DNA of 64,000 bases from Eledone cirrhosa (GCA_964016885.1 OZ024745.1:119102001-119166000); one strand, 5' to 3'. Shown: positions 13,193 to 28,850, numbered from the stretch's first letter. Numbers and translations are program-made. The notes: a model not told the origin generated them from the letters alone.

Positions 13193-13863
13193 ATAGGTTG
13201 TCCTACCAGTACTGCTGATAATTACCAACAGTACTAGTGAGGTATTTGTACAGGTGTCAGAGGTGTCCAACACGGATCTAATTTCTGTCACTTTCTTCTC
13301 TGTTGGTGCATAGAGTTTTGGCTTTATATTTGTTGCAACCAGATCAGCAGCTGCACAATTTTTTGTAACATACTTAAAAGAGTTTGCTGCTTAACTGCTG
13401 CTGTTCGTACTACCTCTGCTTTTTTATGGGAACAGATGGTGTGTGGTGTGTCTGTTTCAGGTACAGGATACTATCACTCTCCTTTGGAATTTTTTCTTTC
13501 CTGGTGGTGCTGCGGGAGGTCTCAGGTTCACTGGGTGCAGATGTCCTGCAAGCCTGTCCCTTTTAGAAATAATTTACATGTGATATAGGAGTTGTCTATT
13601 TTGAGCTTCTTCTTGCTTTTAGGCTCGTTTTACGAGTTGTTTCTATTTTTAATTTTTATTCCTTATTTCCTCTCTGTATTTATTTAGGTATTTTTTCATG
13701 CTGATTAATTTCTTTCGTTCCTATGAGATAATTTGATTACAAAAGTAATGAGAAATGTCTTTTCACTTTACCTCTGGCTCTGTATAGTGAATCAAAACGA
13801 GACACAGACGAACAACAAACGGATGACACAACAAAACACGACAGAGAACAAAAGACATTATCA

Positions 13864-14070
13864 GGGCGGTGGATTGGCAGTATCGGTTGGGGAGGGTCAA
13901 CGCCATGCTTTTCAGCATAGAGTTACGTCCCTTTACGGTCTGAGTTCAAATCCCGCCGAGGTTAACTTTGCCATTCATCCTTACGGGGTCGATAAAATAA
14001 AGTACTAGTAAAGTACTAGTAATGCACTGGAGTAATTGCTGGCCTTGTGCAAAAAATAGAAACAATAATT
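13864..14070 (+). mobile_element. SINE family A
   Basis: ggcggtggattggcag...gagttcaaatcccgccgaggttaactttgcc...agaaacaat. Confidence 0.85.
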
Positions 14071-14130
14071 GTTAAATACCTGAGGGTGCATCACCAACTG
14101 TTCAAGCTTAGTAGCAATCAAATATATACA

Positions 14131-14423
14131 CAGTGTACCCCCGGCATTCGCAGTCCCGACATTCGCAGAATTTTCCTTAAATTCTAACTAATAATTGTTC
14201 ATGGAAACCACCGCATATTCGCGGAAGCGTAAACATCATCCGTGATTTTTTAAATGACTTTGTCGTCCTATTGGACGCCCCTTCGCATAAGATCTTTTTT
14301 TAATTATATTTTACGTTCTATTTTGACGTTTATAGGCATTTTGTGGATCACATCCAATATTCGCGGTTTTCCACTATTCGCGGGTTCTCTAGGAACGTAA
14401 TCCTCGCGAATACCGAGGGACTA

Positions 14424-14426
<3 letters not shown>
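14131..14426. mobile_element. Tigger/pogo-like MITE
   Basis: TIRs cagtgtacccccggcattcgc / gcgaataccgagggactactg; internal attcgc repeats. Confidence 0.7.
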
Positions 14427-14483
<57 letters not shown>

Positions 14484-14518
14484 TAAAATAACAGATTAAA
14501 GTTTAAGCAAAGAATCGT

Positions 14519-14557
<39 letters not shown>

Positions 14558-14564
14558 TTATCTC

Positions 14565-14712
14565 CTTGATGCGTTGTGTCCTTGAGCAAGACACTTTATT
14601 TCACGTTGCTCCTTCTACCTAGAGTTACGACCGCTACATAGTATTAGCAAATGGAAAGACCAATGGAAACATTGTTTCCTCGATCCGATTTGACGAAAGT
14701 CGATCGACTGTC
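14565..14712 (+). mobile_element. SINE family B variant (5'-truncated), tail shared with 41175-41378, 53455-53630, 56875-57090
   Basis: tgcgttgtgtccttgagcaagacactttatttcacgttgctccttctacct...gacgaaagtcgatcgac. Confidence 0.75.
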
Positions 14713-15134
14713 GATATATATGCATATATAATTATGTTCGACTGACCATGATAAACCATCAGGTGTTTAAAAACACATTTTCTCTTCTTCCATTTTTTCG
14801 ATTAACATTATAGTTTGTACAATTCCTGATACACTCTCAGGTATTTAACCATAACTGTTTTCGTTCTCTCTAGTCTGTTGATGTGTTGTCTATTTCTTTG
14901 TTCCTCTGTATCTCGTCTTTTTTCACTAGTTCCATATAGTAACTCGTTCTATCACTGTGGTAGAATACCAGATGAAGGTTTAACATCCAGCTGTATTTTA
15001 TGTATTGTTATGTCACAAATCGAGTTTGAGTGAGACAGCAGGACAAATGGTATTTTAGAGTTACGGACAAGCATGGTAATAGTATGATAGGCAGCAATAC
15101 ATTAAGAAGCATTAGGTGTTTCAAAACATACCTG

Positions 15135-15189
<55 letters not shown>

Positions 15190-15204
15190 TTATGTGAATA
15201 CACT

Positions 15205-15545
15205 CTCGAGATGTGCAATGTCACCGAACACGGAAGAGACGAACCTCTACCGTCATCGCCCCCATCTCTCTCACTCTCCACATCTCTCTGTATGGTGAGC
15301 AAATGGGGTCCCACGTGCTGGCCTCCCCACAGCCCCGGCGAACAGAATGGAGAAGGCGTTTCCCCGGAGGATGGTAAGGGAGATGCGCTGGAAGAGCCAT
15401 TCCATCTCGCGAGGCTCACACCTGCGGCTTGCCATCTCAGCGCCTATGGTGGTGAATAGGGAAGTAGCCCTAGGGCAAAGGACACCAGAAGTCTCCATTG
15501 CTAAGGTCACGACCACAAACCTGTCGGAGAGCGACCGGTACATTA
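15205..15545 (-). mobile_element. CRE-like LINE 3' end (restriction-like endonuclease C-terminus)
   Basis: FVVVTLAMETSG..LFQRISLTILRGNAFSIL; second copy at 45700-45980. Confidence 0.7.
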
Positions 15546-15639
15546 GGTTAGGTGGGTAAATGAATATGAAATAAATGGGAAAATATATAAAATAGAATAA
15601 AATGGGATGAGATATAATGAGTGGTTCATTAAAAAAGGG

Positions 15640-16545
15640 AATCAGCTTTGAAAGAAATTGGAATGAGTATCAGTTTGCTTATAATTTTAAATGCGGATTA
15701 ATACCTGTCAATCACCAAATCTTTACTAAATAATGGGCTTAATTTCGCAAAATTGATTGCCAACATAACCGACACCGAAATAGGAATTATTCTAGATACA
15801 AGTAAAACCAACAAGTATTATAACAATTCTATATGAATGAAAAACATATTCTAATATTCCATTCTAAATAAGAATGGGAGCTTACGCTTCTTCTGAAATT
15901 TACGATTTGCATTGATTTGCATTGACATATAACATAACCAGCAAATTGCTCAAGCGACGGAGTTTGTATATCTCGGTCACAAACTATCATCAAACAACAA
16001 TGGAATGGTTGCTGCACAATATCAAATCGCTCTAGGTTGGGCAGATTTCAACAAGAACAAGGAAGTACTAACATCAAAACGAGTGTCCTATCATTTGAAG
16101 GCTAAGATCTCCGAAACTTACATTCTACCAGTTGTGTTACATGGTCTTGACTGTGTTAATTGGATGACAAGGTCGCTTCAGAAGCTCTCTACATTCCAGA
16201 TCCACATCATGAGACATATAGTTGGCAAGCAGCTCAGCGACTGTATCTGTATCAGTGAGCTGCTCAACATTACCAAACTTAGACCATTTACATCAATTGT
16301 CAAGTCAAGATTACTCAGACTATACGGTCATATAAACAGATCAACTCGTGGTGTGAGTAGGTTATGCCTGGAAGGGAGGTTGGCTGGTAAAAGAGGCAGA
16401 GGCTGGCAGCCAAAATGATAGCTTGACAATATCAACTTATGGACTGGACTTGATCTTTGCTCTTTAAACTCTGCTACTGGTGATCGAACTTTGTGGAGAG
16501 AGATATCACATGTTGATGCGCAGTCTGCAACTGACGGAGTTTAGC
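15640..16545 (+). mobile_element. RTE-type LINE 3' fragment
   Basis: FVYLG, YILPVVLHGLDC, SRLLRLYGHINR, EGRLAGKRGRG. Confidence 0.8.
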
Positions 16546-16569
16546 GTTAATGAGATAGCATAATCTAAG

Positions 16570-16762
16570 ATAATTGTTTATACTTTTGGCACAAGGCCAA
16601 CAATTATCTCAGTGCATTACTCGTGCTTTATTTTATCGACCCCGTAAGGATGAAAAGTAGAGTTAACCTCGGCGGGATTTGAACTCAGAACGTACAGGTC
16701 CGTACCTCTATGCTGCAAAGCATGACATCCGGCCCTCTACCGATACTGCAAATCCACCGCCA
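16570..16762 (-). mobile_element. SINE family A
   Basis: Reverse complement of the family A consensus. Confidence 0.85.
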
Positions 16763-16929
16763 GCATAACGTAAGAATAATATTCGTTCTCCTATTGAAGG
16801 GAAACTGTATAGAGATGATGGCCTGTTGTTCTAAAAATGTTACTCTCAACTTACAGATATATTAAAAGAAACTACACAAACGATCAAGTGTTAATAAGTA
16901 AATTTTTCTTGTTAAATTCTTAATGTTGA

Positions 16930-17130
16930 TTTAGAAAATGTCAGTAATAGTGCAATGGTGTTTGAATATGAAGTAAAAGACAAAATTGTGTTCTTGATAT
17001 TTGTACTGTTTTCGTATATGGCAGGTTTCTGACAGGATTCTCATTGTACATTCACTGACGAAGGTATCACGTAGTTCATTACTTCTAAGCACACCTAAGT
17101 GCCAGAAACACAAATTGCACCAGGTTACAT
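16930..17130 (-). mobile_element. Old LINE remnant, homologous to 27840-27960
   Basis: Shared ggtatcacgta.ttcattacttctaag.acacct.agtgcc block. Confidence 0.5.
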
Positions 17131-18458
17131 ACACACAAACATTCTTTTTTTTCCATTTTTATAGGGTTTTGAACTCCACTATCAGATCTGGCTAAAATTT
17201 CTTTAGTAAAAAAAACGGTGATTATATATATATATATGAATGTATGTATAGTATATTTGATAATATACTGTATGTTTATTTTAAAACATATTGAAGACCA
17301 TTCGTTATGAGTTTTAAAATAGGACTAGGTCACTTACTTAGTCTCGGGAAGCAACCGACAGCTGTTTCTCGTTCGTTAACGGTTATCAATATTGCTCACC
17401 CCTTCGCTTCTGCTGAGATTTATATGTATGTAAAAACTTATAATTTTTCTTCTCCATTATAGAATTCCAGTGATGTTTAAGAGCTGATTAAACAGCAATT
17501 GCCGTTCCAGCAAAAATTAGGAATTAGTATCAGTGCTCTCAAATAGCGATGTATATATGAATGTATGTATAGTATATTTTATAATATACTATTTATTTTA
17601 AACCTCATCGATAGAACACATTAAAATAGCTATATGCTGTATGATGACGTTAAACCCAAGGCAATAGATATCAACAAAAGTGGATGTTTATTCGCTAGAG
17701 ATAGGTGCGGAAATTATAGTCACCCCAGCTCAACAAGTTAAGAATTTTGGAACTACTATATACAAATGTAATGAATCAAAACACATCAAATATGTTAGAA
17801 TTTTGTGCTCCTCAATAAACAAGCTCAATAGACTTTATCCATAGCAATAATAAATCAAATGTAAAGGATATATATATATAGAGAGAGAGAGAGAAAGAAA
17901 GAGAGAGAGAGAGAACCATATATCGTAGATAAAACACCGTATATCGTATATATACTAAATATATATTTCAAAAGAGGCTAATCAGCTGATGTATACATTT
18001 GAGAATACAATGTATTTTCAGCAGTACCAGAGGGTGGAAGACAGAGGAGAATACACAATCTTGATAAGGAGCAAAGACTCCGTAACAATATTATTGATTG
18101 TTTTGTCTGAGCTACTGCTGGTACAAAAACATGAACAACTTCATCCTTTTGTTGACTTGTAAACAAACCGAATATTAATAATATTATAATAATATTATTG
18201 TTACTCACTCACTCACGAACACACATATATATATATATAAATACAAAAAGTGCCTCCCGTGTTTTCTTTTTATCTATTAACTATATATATATGGGAAAGA
18301 GTCAGGTCCCCGACGGCTGAGCTCCGGCCGTTTCGACAGCTAGATCCGAATATATATAGTGTATCGTAATTTGGAATAAAATCTCAAACCTGGTAGAGCA
18401 CTCAATCCGATGGTCGTGCTGTATTATAGAATTATTTATTATATTAAATGATACAACT

Positions 18459-18505
18459 TAGCAGGATACACGTGTTTCATCGAAAGAAATTCATCAGTTC
18501 GGCTA
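18459..18505 (-). ncRNA. Minimal type I hammerhead ribozyme
   Basis: Reverse strand: tagccgaa-CTGATGA-atttctttcgat-GAAAC-ACGT-GTA-tcctgcta. Stem I pairs 6/8; palindromic stem III. Confidence 0.72.
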
Positions 18506-18963
18506 TCATGAAATAGCTGCGAACCATTATATTTCGTTGTGAAAAAAGTTCTAAAAATGGCTGGATAAAGGGTTAAGAGTTATAGTTAGATGCATAGACA
18601 GTTGCTTTTATAAGGGTAATTTGCTGTGTAAGGGTGTCTGCCAGACAAAAAAAGAATTAAGGGAGCTAACTTAGGTGGCTTAATAGAGTATGAATTAGAA
18701 CGTTTTTTAGGGAAGTTTATGTAGGTTACAATTTAATACGGAGAGATATGTAGAAGGTGCGGGAGTGGGAGTAAACGAAGGATGGTGAAAATATGGATCT
18801 AACTGAGGTGACTTTCTGAATGTTAATTAAATAAAGTGTTTTATTTAATTCACAACGGAAGGTAAGGATCGCAACCAATTCAAAATGGCGGACTAATGAA
18901 ATACTTGACAAATTGACCGAATACACATTCGGTCAATTTGTATCAGTTATATATATATATATA

Positions 18964-19844
18964 CGAGGTGTGTCAGAAAAGTTCCAGGACTGATGTCACA
19001 AAAGATTTATTTCAAACCCAAACTTCACAGTAAAACTTTACTCCTTCAAAGTAATCCCCCTGGAGTCTAATGCACTTTTCCATCCTTTTCTGCCACGCTA
19101 GTATTCATTTCTAGAAGGATTCTTCGGGGATCCCCCGCAGTTCCGTCGTCACGGCCTTTTTCATGTCGTCCACGTCTTCAAAACGGGTCCCCTCCCCCCG
19201 GGTCGTACTCAAAGATCCATGACCAGTGATGACTGTCCCTAGCAAGTCTGGTTCGGTTTCAAGATGCTCGAGGATGTCCCGGCACACTTGCATGCGTCGA
19301 CCCCTTTGGCCATCGTTCAGCAGTTTTGGCACCATCTTCGCGCAGACTTTCCGCATGTCCAAATCTTCAGTGAGAATCTTTCAGACGCTGTCCCGATTCA
19401 TGCCCAGCTCATTTGCCATCAGTCAAACAGTCAGCCGCCGATCGCTACGCACCATCTGCCTGATGCGCTCAACGTTGACCTCAGTCCTAGTTGTTGAGAG
19501 CCTTCCGCTCCTGGGGTCATCTTGCACCACTCAAAAACACGTGAGCGTGACATCGTCCCATCTCCATACACTTGCTGCAGCAATCCCAGTGCTTCTGACG
19601 GAGTTTTCCCCAACCGCCAGAAACTTCAAGTTTGTTCGTTGCTATGTGCTCATTGCTTGACGACCTGAAACAGAGGACATGTATATACAATTATGAAGAA
19701 AAAGGTTTGATCGCTGCAGAGAGCTAAGATTACAGGTACATACTCCAGGGAGATTACTTTGAAGGAAAAAACTCTCAGTGTGAAGTTTGGGTTTGAAATA
19801 AATCTTTTGTGACATCAGTCCTGGAATCTTTCTGACACACCTCG
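18964..19844 (-). mobile_element. Mariner transposon, internally deleted
   Basis: ~100-bp TIRs cgaggtgtgtcagaaaa..., TA flanks. Transposase pieces GKTPSEAL..MSRSRVFEW, MRKVCAKMVPKLL..VITG, GTRFEDV. Confidence 0.92.
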
Positions 19845-20119
19845 TATATATATATAGCAGAGAACGAAAGATAGCCTCGAACAGAAACATGAACTTTCCT
19901 CTTTAAATATGTATGTAAAAACTTATAATTTTTCTTCTCCATTTTATTATTCGTATATTCGTATAAACTGCACTTTGCACTTCCGTCGTTGAAAGATCAT
20001 ATAAGGCTGAAACTAGTACACGATTAAATGCAAAATACCCACTTTATAAATAAATGTTTTGATATACTGAAAAAATCCCTCCAGCTTTTAAACTGTTTTT
20101 TTTTTCTTTTTACTATTTG

Positions 20120-20131
20120 TTTATATATATA

Positions 20132-20188
<57 letters not shown>

Positions 20189-20317
20189 TATATAATATAT
20201 ATATATATAATATATATATATATACATATATATATAATATATATATATATAATATATATATAATATATATATATATAATATATATATATAATATATATAT
20301 ATATATAATATATATAT

Positions 20318-20348
<31 letters not shown>

Positions 20349-20358
20349 ATATATATAT

Positions 20359-20389
<31 letters not shown>

Positions 20390-20444
20390 ATATATATATA
20401 TATAATATATATATATAATATATATATATATATAATATATATAT

Positions 20445-20477
<33 letters not shown>

Positions 20478-20567
20478 ATATATATATATATAATATATAT
20501 ATATAATATATATATAATATATATATATAATATATATATATAATATATATATATAATATATATATAT

Positions 20568-20602
<35 letters not shown>

Positions 20603-21103
20603 ATATATATATATATAATATATATAATATATATATATATATATAATATATATATATATAATATATATAATATATATATATATAATATATATAATATATA
20701 TATACATAATATATATAATATATATATATATAATATATATAATATATATATACATAATATATATAATATATATATATATAATATATATAATATATATATA
20801 CATAATATATATAATATATATATATATAATATATATAATATATATATATATAATATATATATATATAATATATATATCTATATAATATATATATATATAT
20901 AATATATATTTATATATAATATATATATAATATATATATATATAATGTATATATATATTATATATATATATAATATATATATAATATATGTATATATAAT
21001 ATATATATACATATATATATATATAATATATATATAATATATATATATATAATATATATATAATATATATATAATATATATATAATATATATATATAATA
21101 TAT

Positions 21104-21159
<56 letters not shown>

Positions 21160-21168
21160 TATATATAT

Positions 21169-21224
<56 letters not shown>

Positions 21225-21339
21225 TATATATATATAATATATATATATATAATATATATATATATATATAATATATATTATATATATAATATATATATAT
21301 ATATATAATATATATTATATATATATATATAATATATAT

Positions 21340-21370
<31 letters not shown>

Positions 21371-21406
21371 ATATATATTATATAATATATATAATATATA
21401 TATAAC

Positions 21407-21440
<34 letters not shown>

Positions 21441-22720
21441 ATAATATAATATATATATAACATATATATATATATATAATATATATTATAATATATATAT
21501 ATATATAATATATATATAATATATATATATATATATTATATATATAATATAATATATATATATATATATTATATATATAATATATATAATATATATAATA
21601 TATATATAATATATATAATATATATATATATATAATATATATACTATATATAATATATATAATATATATAATATATATAATATATATAATATATATATAT
21701 ATATATAATATATATTTAATATAGATGAGATTCTACAGGACTAGAACTGTTTCATTATTTAGAAATCATCAGGAATCTGGGTATCAAAAAATAAGTATGG
21801 TATTTATAGGTCTCTACAAGTGGTAGGAGAGGGTGGGGAGTGGGTCATTGGTTGATATATGATATATATATATATATAATATATATAATATATATAATAT
21901 ATATATATATATAATATATAATATATATATATATATATAATTATATATATAATATATATATATATATACATATAATTATATATATATATATAATTATATA
22001 TATATATATATAATATATATAGTTTATATATATATATATAATATATATAATATATATATATATAATATATATAGTTTATATATATATAATATATATAATA
22101 TATATATATATATAATATATATAGTTTATATATATATATATATAATATATATAGTTTATATATATATACATATAATATATATAGTTTATATATATATATA
22201 TAATATATATATAATATATATAGTTTATATATATATATATATAATATATATATAATATATATAGTTTATATATATATATATATAATATATATAGTTTATA
22301 TATGTATATATATAATATATATAGTTTATATATATATATATATATATAATATATATAGTTTATATATATATATATATAAATAATATATATTAGTTTATAT
22401 ATATATATAATATATATAGTTTATATATATATATAATATATATAGTTTATATATATATATAATATATATAGTTTATATATATATATATATATAATATATA
22501 TAGTTTATATATGTATATATATAATATATATAGTTTATATATATATATATATATAATATATTATAGTTTATATATATATAATATATATATATCTATATAA
22601 ATAATATATATATAATATATATATACTATATATATATATAATATATATATACTATATATACTATATATATATATATATATAATATATATATACTATATAT
22701 ATACTATATATATATACTAT

Positions 22721-22764
<44 letters not shown>

Positions 22765-22772
22765 TATACTAT

Positions 22773-22806
<34 letters not shown>

Positions 22807-22837
22807 ATATATATATATATAATATATATATATGTAT

Positions 22838-22877
<40 letters not shown>

Positions 22878-23525
22878 ATATATATATGGTATATATGATA
22901 TATATATATATGATATATATATATATATAACATATATATATATATAATATATATATATGTATTATGTATATATATATATATATATATATATGATATATAT
23001 ATATATATATGATGTATATATATATATATATGATATATATATATATATGATTATATATATATGTTATATATATGATATATATATATGGTATACATATATA
23101 TATATATATATATATATATGATATATATATATATGATATATATATATATATGATATATAACATATATATATCATATATATATATCATATATATGATATAT
23201 ATATATATATGATATATATACGATATATACATGATATATAACATATATATATGATATATATATGATATATATGATATATATATATGATATATATATATAT
23301 GATATATATATGATATATATATATGATATATATATATGATATATATATGATATATATGATATATATATATGATATATATATATGATATATATATGATATA
23401 TATATATGATATATATATATGATATATATATATGATATATATGATATATATATATATGATATATATATATGATATATATATATGAGATATATATATGATA
23501 TATATATATGATATATATATATGAG

Positions 23526-23560
<35 letters not shown>

Positions 23561-23641
23561 GATATATATAAATGAGATATATATATGATATATATATATG
23601 ATATATATAAATGAGATATATATATGATATATATATATGAG

Positions 23642-23676
<35 letters not shown>

Positions 23677-23688
23677 GATATATATAAA

Positions 23689-23731
<43 letters not shown>

Positions 23732-23761
23732 ATATATGATATATATATATATGATATATAT

Positions 23762-23792
<31 letters not shown>

Positions 23793-24111
23793 GATATATA
23801 TATATATATATATAATATATGATATATATATATATATATAATATATGATATATATATATAATATATGATATATATATATATATAATATATGATATATATA
23901 TATATATATGAGATATATATATATATATATATATGAGATATATATATAATATATGAGATATATATATATATATATATGAGATATATATATATATATATAT
24001 ATGAGATATATATATATATATATATGAGATATATATATATATATATATGAGATATATATATATATATAATATATGATATATATATATATATATGATATAT
24101 ATATATATATA

Positions 24112-24172
<61 letters not shown>

Positions 24173-24265
24173 GAGATATATATATATATATATATGAGAT
24201 ATATATATATATATAATATATGATATATATATATATATATGATATATATATATATATATAATATA

Positions 24266-24303
<38 letters not shown>

Positions 24304-24719
24304 TATGATATATATATATAATATATGATATATATATATATATATAATATATGATATATATATATATAATATATGATATATATATATATATATAATATAT
24401 GATATATATATATATATAATATATGATATATATATATATATAATATATGATATATATATATATATAATATATGATATATATATATATATAATATATGATA
24501 TATATATATATATATATATATGATATATATATATATATATATATATGATATATATATATATATATATGATATATATATATATATATAATATATGATATAT
24601 ATATATATATAATATATGATATATATATATATATATATAATATATGATATATATATATATATATATATATGATATATATATATATATATATATATATGAT
24701 ATATATATATATATATATA

Positions 24720-24801
<82 letters not shown>

Positions 24802-25035
24802 ATATATATATATATGATATATATATATATATATATATGATATATATATATATATGATATATATATATATATATATGATATATATATATATATGATATAT
24901 ATATATATATATGATATATATATATATATATGATATATATATATATATATATATGATATATATATATATGATATATATATATATATGTATGATATATATA
25001 TATATATGTATGATATATATATATATATATATATA

Positions 25036-25123
<88 letters not shown>

Positions 25124-25386
25124 ATATATATATATACGATATATATATATATATCGTATATATATATATATATATTATATATATATCATATATATATATA
25201 TATCATATATATATATATATCATATATATATATCATATATATATATATATATATATATATCATATATATATATATATATCATATATATATATATATCATA
25301 TATATATATATCATATATATATATCATATATATATATATATCATATATATATATATATCATATATATATATATCATATATATATAT

Positions 25387-25424
<38 letters not shown>

Positions 25425-25647
25425 ATATATATATATATGATATATATATATATATATGATATATATATATATGATATATATATATATGATATATATATAT
25501 ATATGATATATATATATATGATATATATATATATATATATGATATATATATATGATATATATATATATATATATGATATATATGTATATATATGATATAT
25601 ATATATGATATATATATATATATATATGATATATATGTATATATATA

Positions 25648-25682
<35 letters not shown>

Positions 25683-25699
25683 ATATATATATATATATG

Positions 25700-25730
<31 letters not shown>

Positions 25731-25745
25731 ATATATATATATATA

Positions 25746-25824
<79 letters not shown>

Positions 25825-25937
25825 ATATATATATATATATATATATGATATATATACATATATGATATATATAGATATATATATATGATATATATAATGA
25901 TATATATAATGATATATATATATGATATATATATATG

Positions 25938-25968
<31 letters not shown>

Positions 25969-25996
25969 ATATATATATATATGATATATATATATA

Positions 25997-26031
<35 letters not shown>

Positions 26032-26078
26032 ATATATATATATATATGATATATATATATATATGATATATATATATA

Positions 26079-26177
<99 letters not shown>

Positions 26178-26379
26178 GATATATATATATATATATATAT
26201 ATATGATATATATATATATATATATATATGATATATATATATATATGATATATATAGATATATATATATGATATATATAATGATATATATATATATATAT
26301 ATATATGATATATATATATATATATATATGATATATATATATATATATATATATATGATATATATAATGATATATATAA

Positions 26380-26410
<31 letters not shown>
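20120..26410. repeat. ~6.3 kb compound (TA)n array with successive spacer motifs (TAA, AGTTT, ACT, GA/TCA)
   Basis: Direct reading; one ~140-bp unique island at 21720-21860. Confidence 0.97.
21728..21778 (-). ncRNA. Type I hammerhead ribozyme in the island inside the TA array
   Basis: Reverse strand: agattc-CTGATGA-tttctaaataat-GAAACAG-ttctagtc-CTGTA-gaatct. Perfect 6-bp stem I, 4-bp stem III, weak stem II; same family as 37952. Confidence 0.75.
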
Positions 26411-26411
<1 letters not shown>

Positions 26412-26413
<2 letters not shown>

Positions 26414-26800
26414 AATAGTGTAGTATCCATGCTGCTCCAGGTAAGTAGAGGCAAGTGTTCATGCTGCTCCAGTAAGTAGAGGCGGATGTTACAGACTTTG
26501 CCACTTGTTTCGGTCTTTGAGTTCTGTTATTTGCCTTGTGAATTGTTTCATTCCTCTAGATTGTTAGAAAGGTCTGGGCTACTTTCACAATGAGAAACCC
26601 AACAGTGATGTTTATTGTTGTGAAACTCAACACTGATAGGTTTCTCTTAGTGAAAGTTCTCCGTATCCTGCCATTGAGCTCCAGGCATGTAATATTTGTG
26701 TTCTTGTTATATGGACGGATTTTGTATATGACGGATTTCCGTGCTACGTTGTATACAAAGTTGCTCAGTTATCTGAGGACAGCTGCATGAATTTAATAAA
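26412..26800 (-). mobile_element. Decayed Penelope-like GIY-YIG endonuclease fragment
   Basis: Reverse translation RKSVIYKI...RTFTKR...KVCNI resembles the PLE endonuclease layout. Confidence 0.5.
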
Positions 26801-26959
26801 AGACACATAAGTTAGGAAAGAGAAATTGGCATGTACAATCTTGAGACCCTTCTTGATGCATCTACTTAGTGAAATGAAGCCGCCGATAACTGCTTTTAAA
26901 CCATATCTGAAACGTTAACATGCCCGAATCAAATGATCTTTACCTACGTTGGACACAGT

Positions 26960-27620
26960 ACTAGTTATGACGGACTTCAGAGATTTTATAGTACTATGTG
27001 GGCGTTGATTGACTTCTCTCTAGACTAGCCTCGTATATAGTAGTGCAACGGATTCAGGTCTGGAATACAAGGAGGCTATATGTTTGGGGTGAATTGATCG
27101 TGGAATGTGTAACTGTTGGGTAATATAGGCCTTATGAGACGGTGCTGAGTCATGTTGGTAGATATACGCACTTCCTTTGCTCTCACTCTCTATCCAAAGA
27201 CCCATAATCCTTTACAATAGCTCTTTATAGAGAGTAACATTAACCCTTAAGCCGCGAGGAAAGAAGTGAGGAGGCATGACACTGCCCTCGTTGTTCATGA
27301 CTCCCAGAACCATCTAAGCTGCCGGAAACTATGCATGATAACTGGAACGTCTTTAGTGTCGTAGTATAACCAACTGTTATCCTGAACAAAGTTTTTCTCG
27401 TCAGAGACAAAACCAAAGCATTCCAGGTTCTTGATACTTTAGCTTACTCAGCAGGCGCATTGTGCAGATCCGACTTTTGTCAGTCATGAATTGGCCTCTC
27501 TGCACACATATGGCTTGTATCGAGGGTCATCATGCACAAATCTTCCGATAGTGTGCCTTGAAACCGTGATCTCCTTAGCAATGGCGCTAATTAAGGCGTT
27601 TGCAGTTCTTTGCGAACTTC
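26960..27620 (-). mobile_element. Decayed Tc1/mariner (maT-like) transposase
   Basis: FVSDEKNF, VLGVMNNEGSVMPPHFFPRGLRVN, YQHDSAPSHKA, degenerate SPDLNPL. Confidence 0.75.
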
Positions 27621-27779
27621 GACAACAAACGCTACTTTTATGCTACTTTTAGGGAGTGAGCAATCTCTATATCACTATGGCCTGCTTTTAAGTCTACAAT
27701 TACAGCGTGTCTTTTCATTTGCTGAGTTAGTTTGCTATCTGTCATCATTTATCTGAAAGGAAATGATAGTCAGAACAAG

Positions 27780-28325
27780 TTATAAAAACGCTGGAGCTAT
27801 TAAAAGACGTGTCTTTAAAGGACTGAGTAACTCTCTATACTTAGGAAAACAAATATATGATTCACATTGTACTTCCGCAGATGTAGGTATCACGTAATTT
27901 ATTACTTCTAAGTACACCTTAGTGCCTGAAATACAAACTACATCCGGTTGCTGACATACATGCACAGTCTGTGAATGTACTTAGACAAGTATGTATTTAC
28001 GGAAAAAGCTATGCATAGGTCACCGACAGATTGAGTCTTTTGAATTGTTTCTTTGTTTAAGGTAAAATGAAATGTTTCGTAGGATGTTTTCGATCCTAAA
28101 CGGATGAAATACAAGTTTGAATTGTGTTCGCTGGAAGACATAAATACAAACAGTTCATTTCATTTCAAGTATGATCTTCTTTCCTGCTGAGCATGGTTAA
28201 TTGTAGATTTTTGTCTACATATAAGAACTCGATTATAGGATGGCCAAGGACATTTACCTTGTACTATTCCATTTATGACGTCAGACGCTTCAAATACAAT
28301 ACTGTTGATTACCGCTCTCTTATTT
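27780..28325 (-). mobile_element. Decayed CR1/Jockey-group LINE RT
   Basis: DVINGIVQG; TLNKETIQKTQSVGDLCIAF. Confidence 0.55.
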
Positions 28326-28334
28326 CTGTCTTTA

Positions 28335-28605
28335 AAAATGATTTCTACTTTAGGCACAAGGCCAGCAATTTGAAGGGATGGGGAAATTCGATTAAATCGA
28401 TCTCAGTGCATTACTGGTACTTTATGTATCGACTCCGTAAAGATGAAAGACAAAGCTAATCTCGGCGGGATTTGAACGCAGAACATAAAGGGCCGTAACT
28501 CTATGCTGAAAAGCTTGTTGTCCGACTCTCCACCGATACTGATAATCCACCACCAACTTCTGCTTATAATAATTGTTTCTACTTTTGGCACAAGGCCAGC
28601 AATTA
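28335..28605 (-). mobile_element. SINE family A plus extra 3' tail copy
   Basis: Reverse complement of the family A consensus. Confidence 0.8.
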
Positions 28606-28654
28606 CAGTTTTTTCTTTCTAAATAATCCATTTTAATATACCTAACAAAATGTA

Positions 28655-28740
28655 AATCTGGCTGATCAGTGGGTCTGCTAATATGCAGATCTGACTGATC
28701 AGAACGTCTGCTAATATGCAAATCAGGTCGATCAGTCACT
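28655..28740. repeat. 33-bp tandem repeat, ~2.5 copies
   Basis: atctggctgatcag....tctgctaatatgca repeated. Confidence 0.7.
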
Positions 28741-28799
28741 GTATATTTCAGAAAATATCATATATTTTCACTAGCTCTGATAGGTTGCAGGTAAGCAGT

Positions 28800-28850
28800 A
28801 AACTGCACTGATGAAGGGTAATCACCCAGACACATTAGTGTCTGCAGTTT
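28800..28850 (+). ncRNA. Type I hammerhead ribozyme, one core substitution (GAcAC)
   Basis: aaactgca-CTGATGA-a-gggt-aatc-accc-a-GAcAC-attagt-GTC-tgcagttt; perfect 8-bp stem I. Confidence 0.75.

Noticed and set aside
18010-18165. Possible exon after tattttcag (QYQRVEDRGEY...)
   Set aside because: No recognisable homology, convincing donor site or partner exons.
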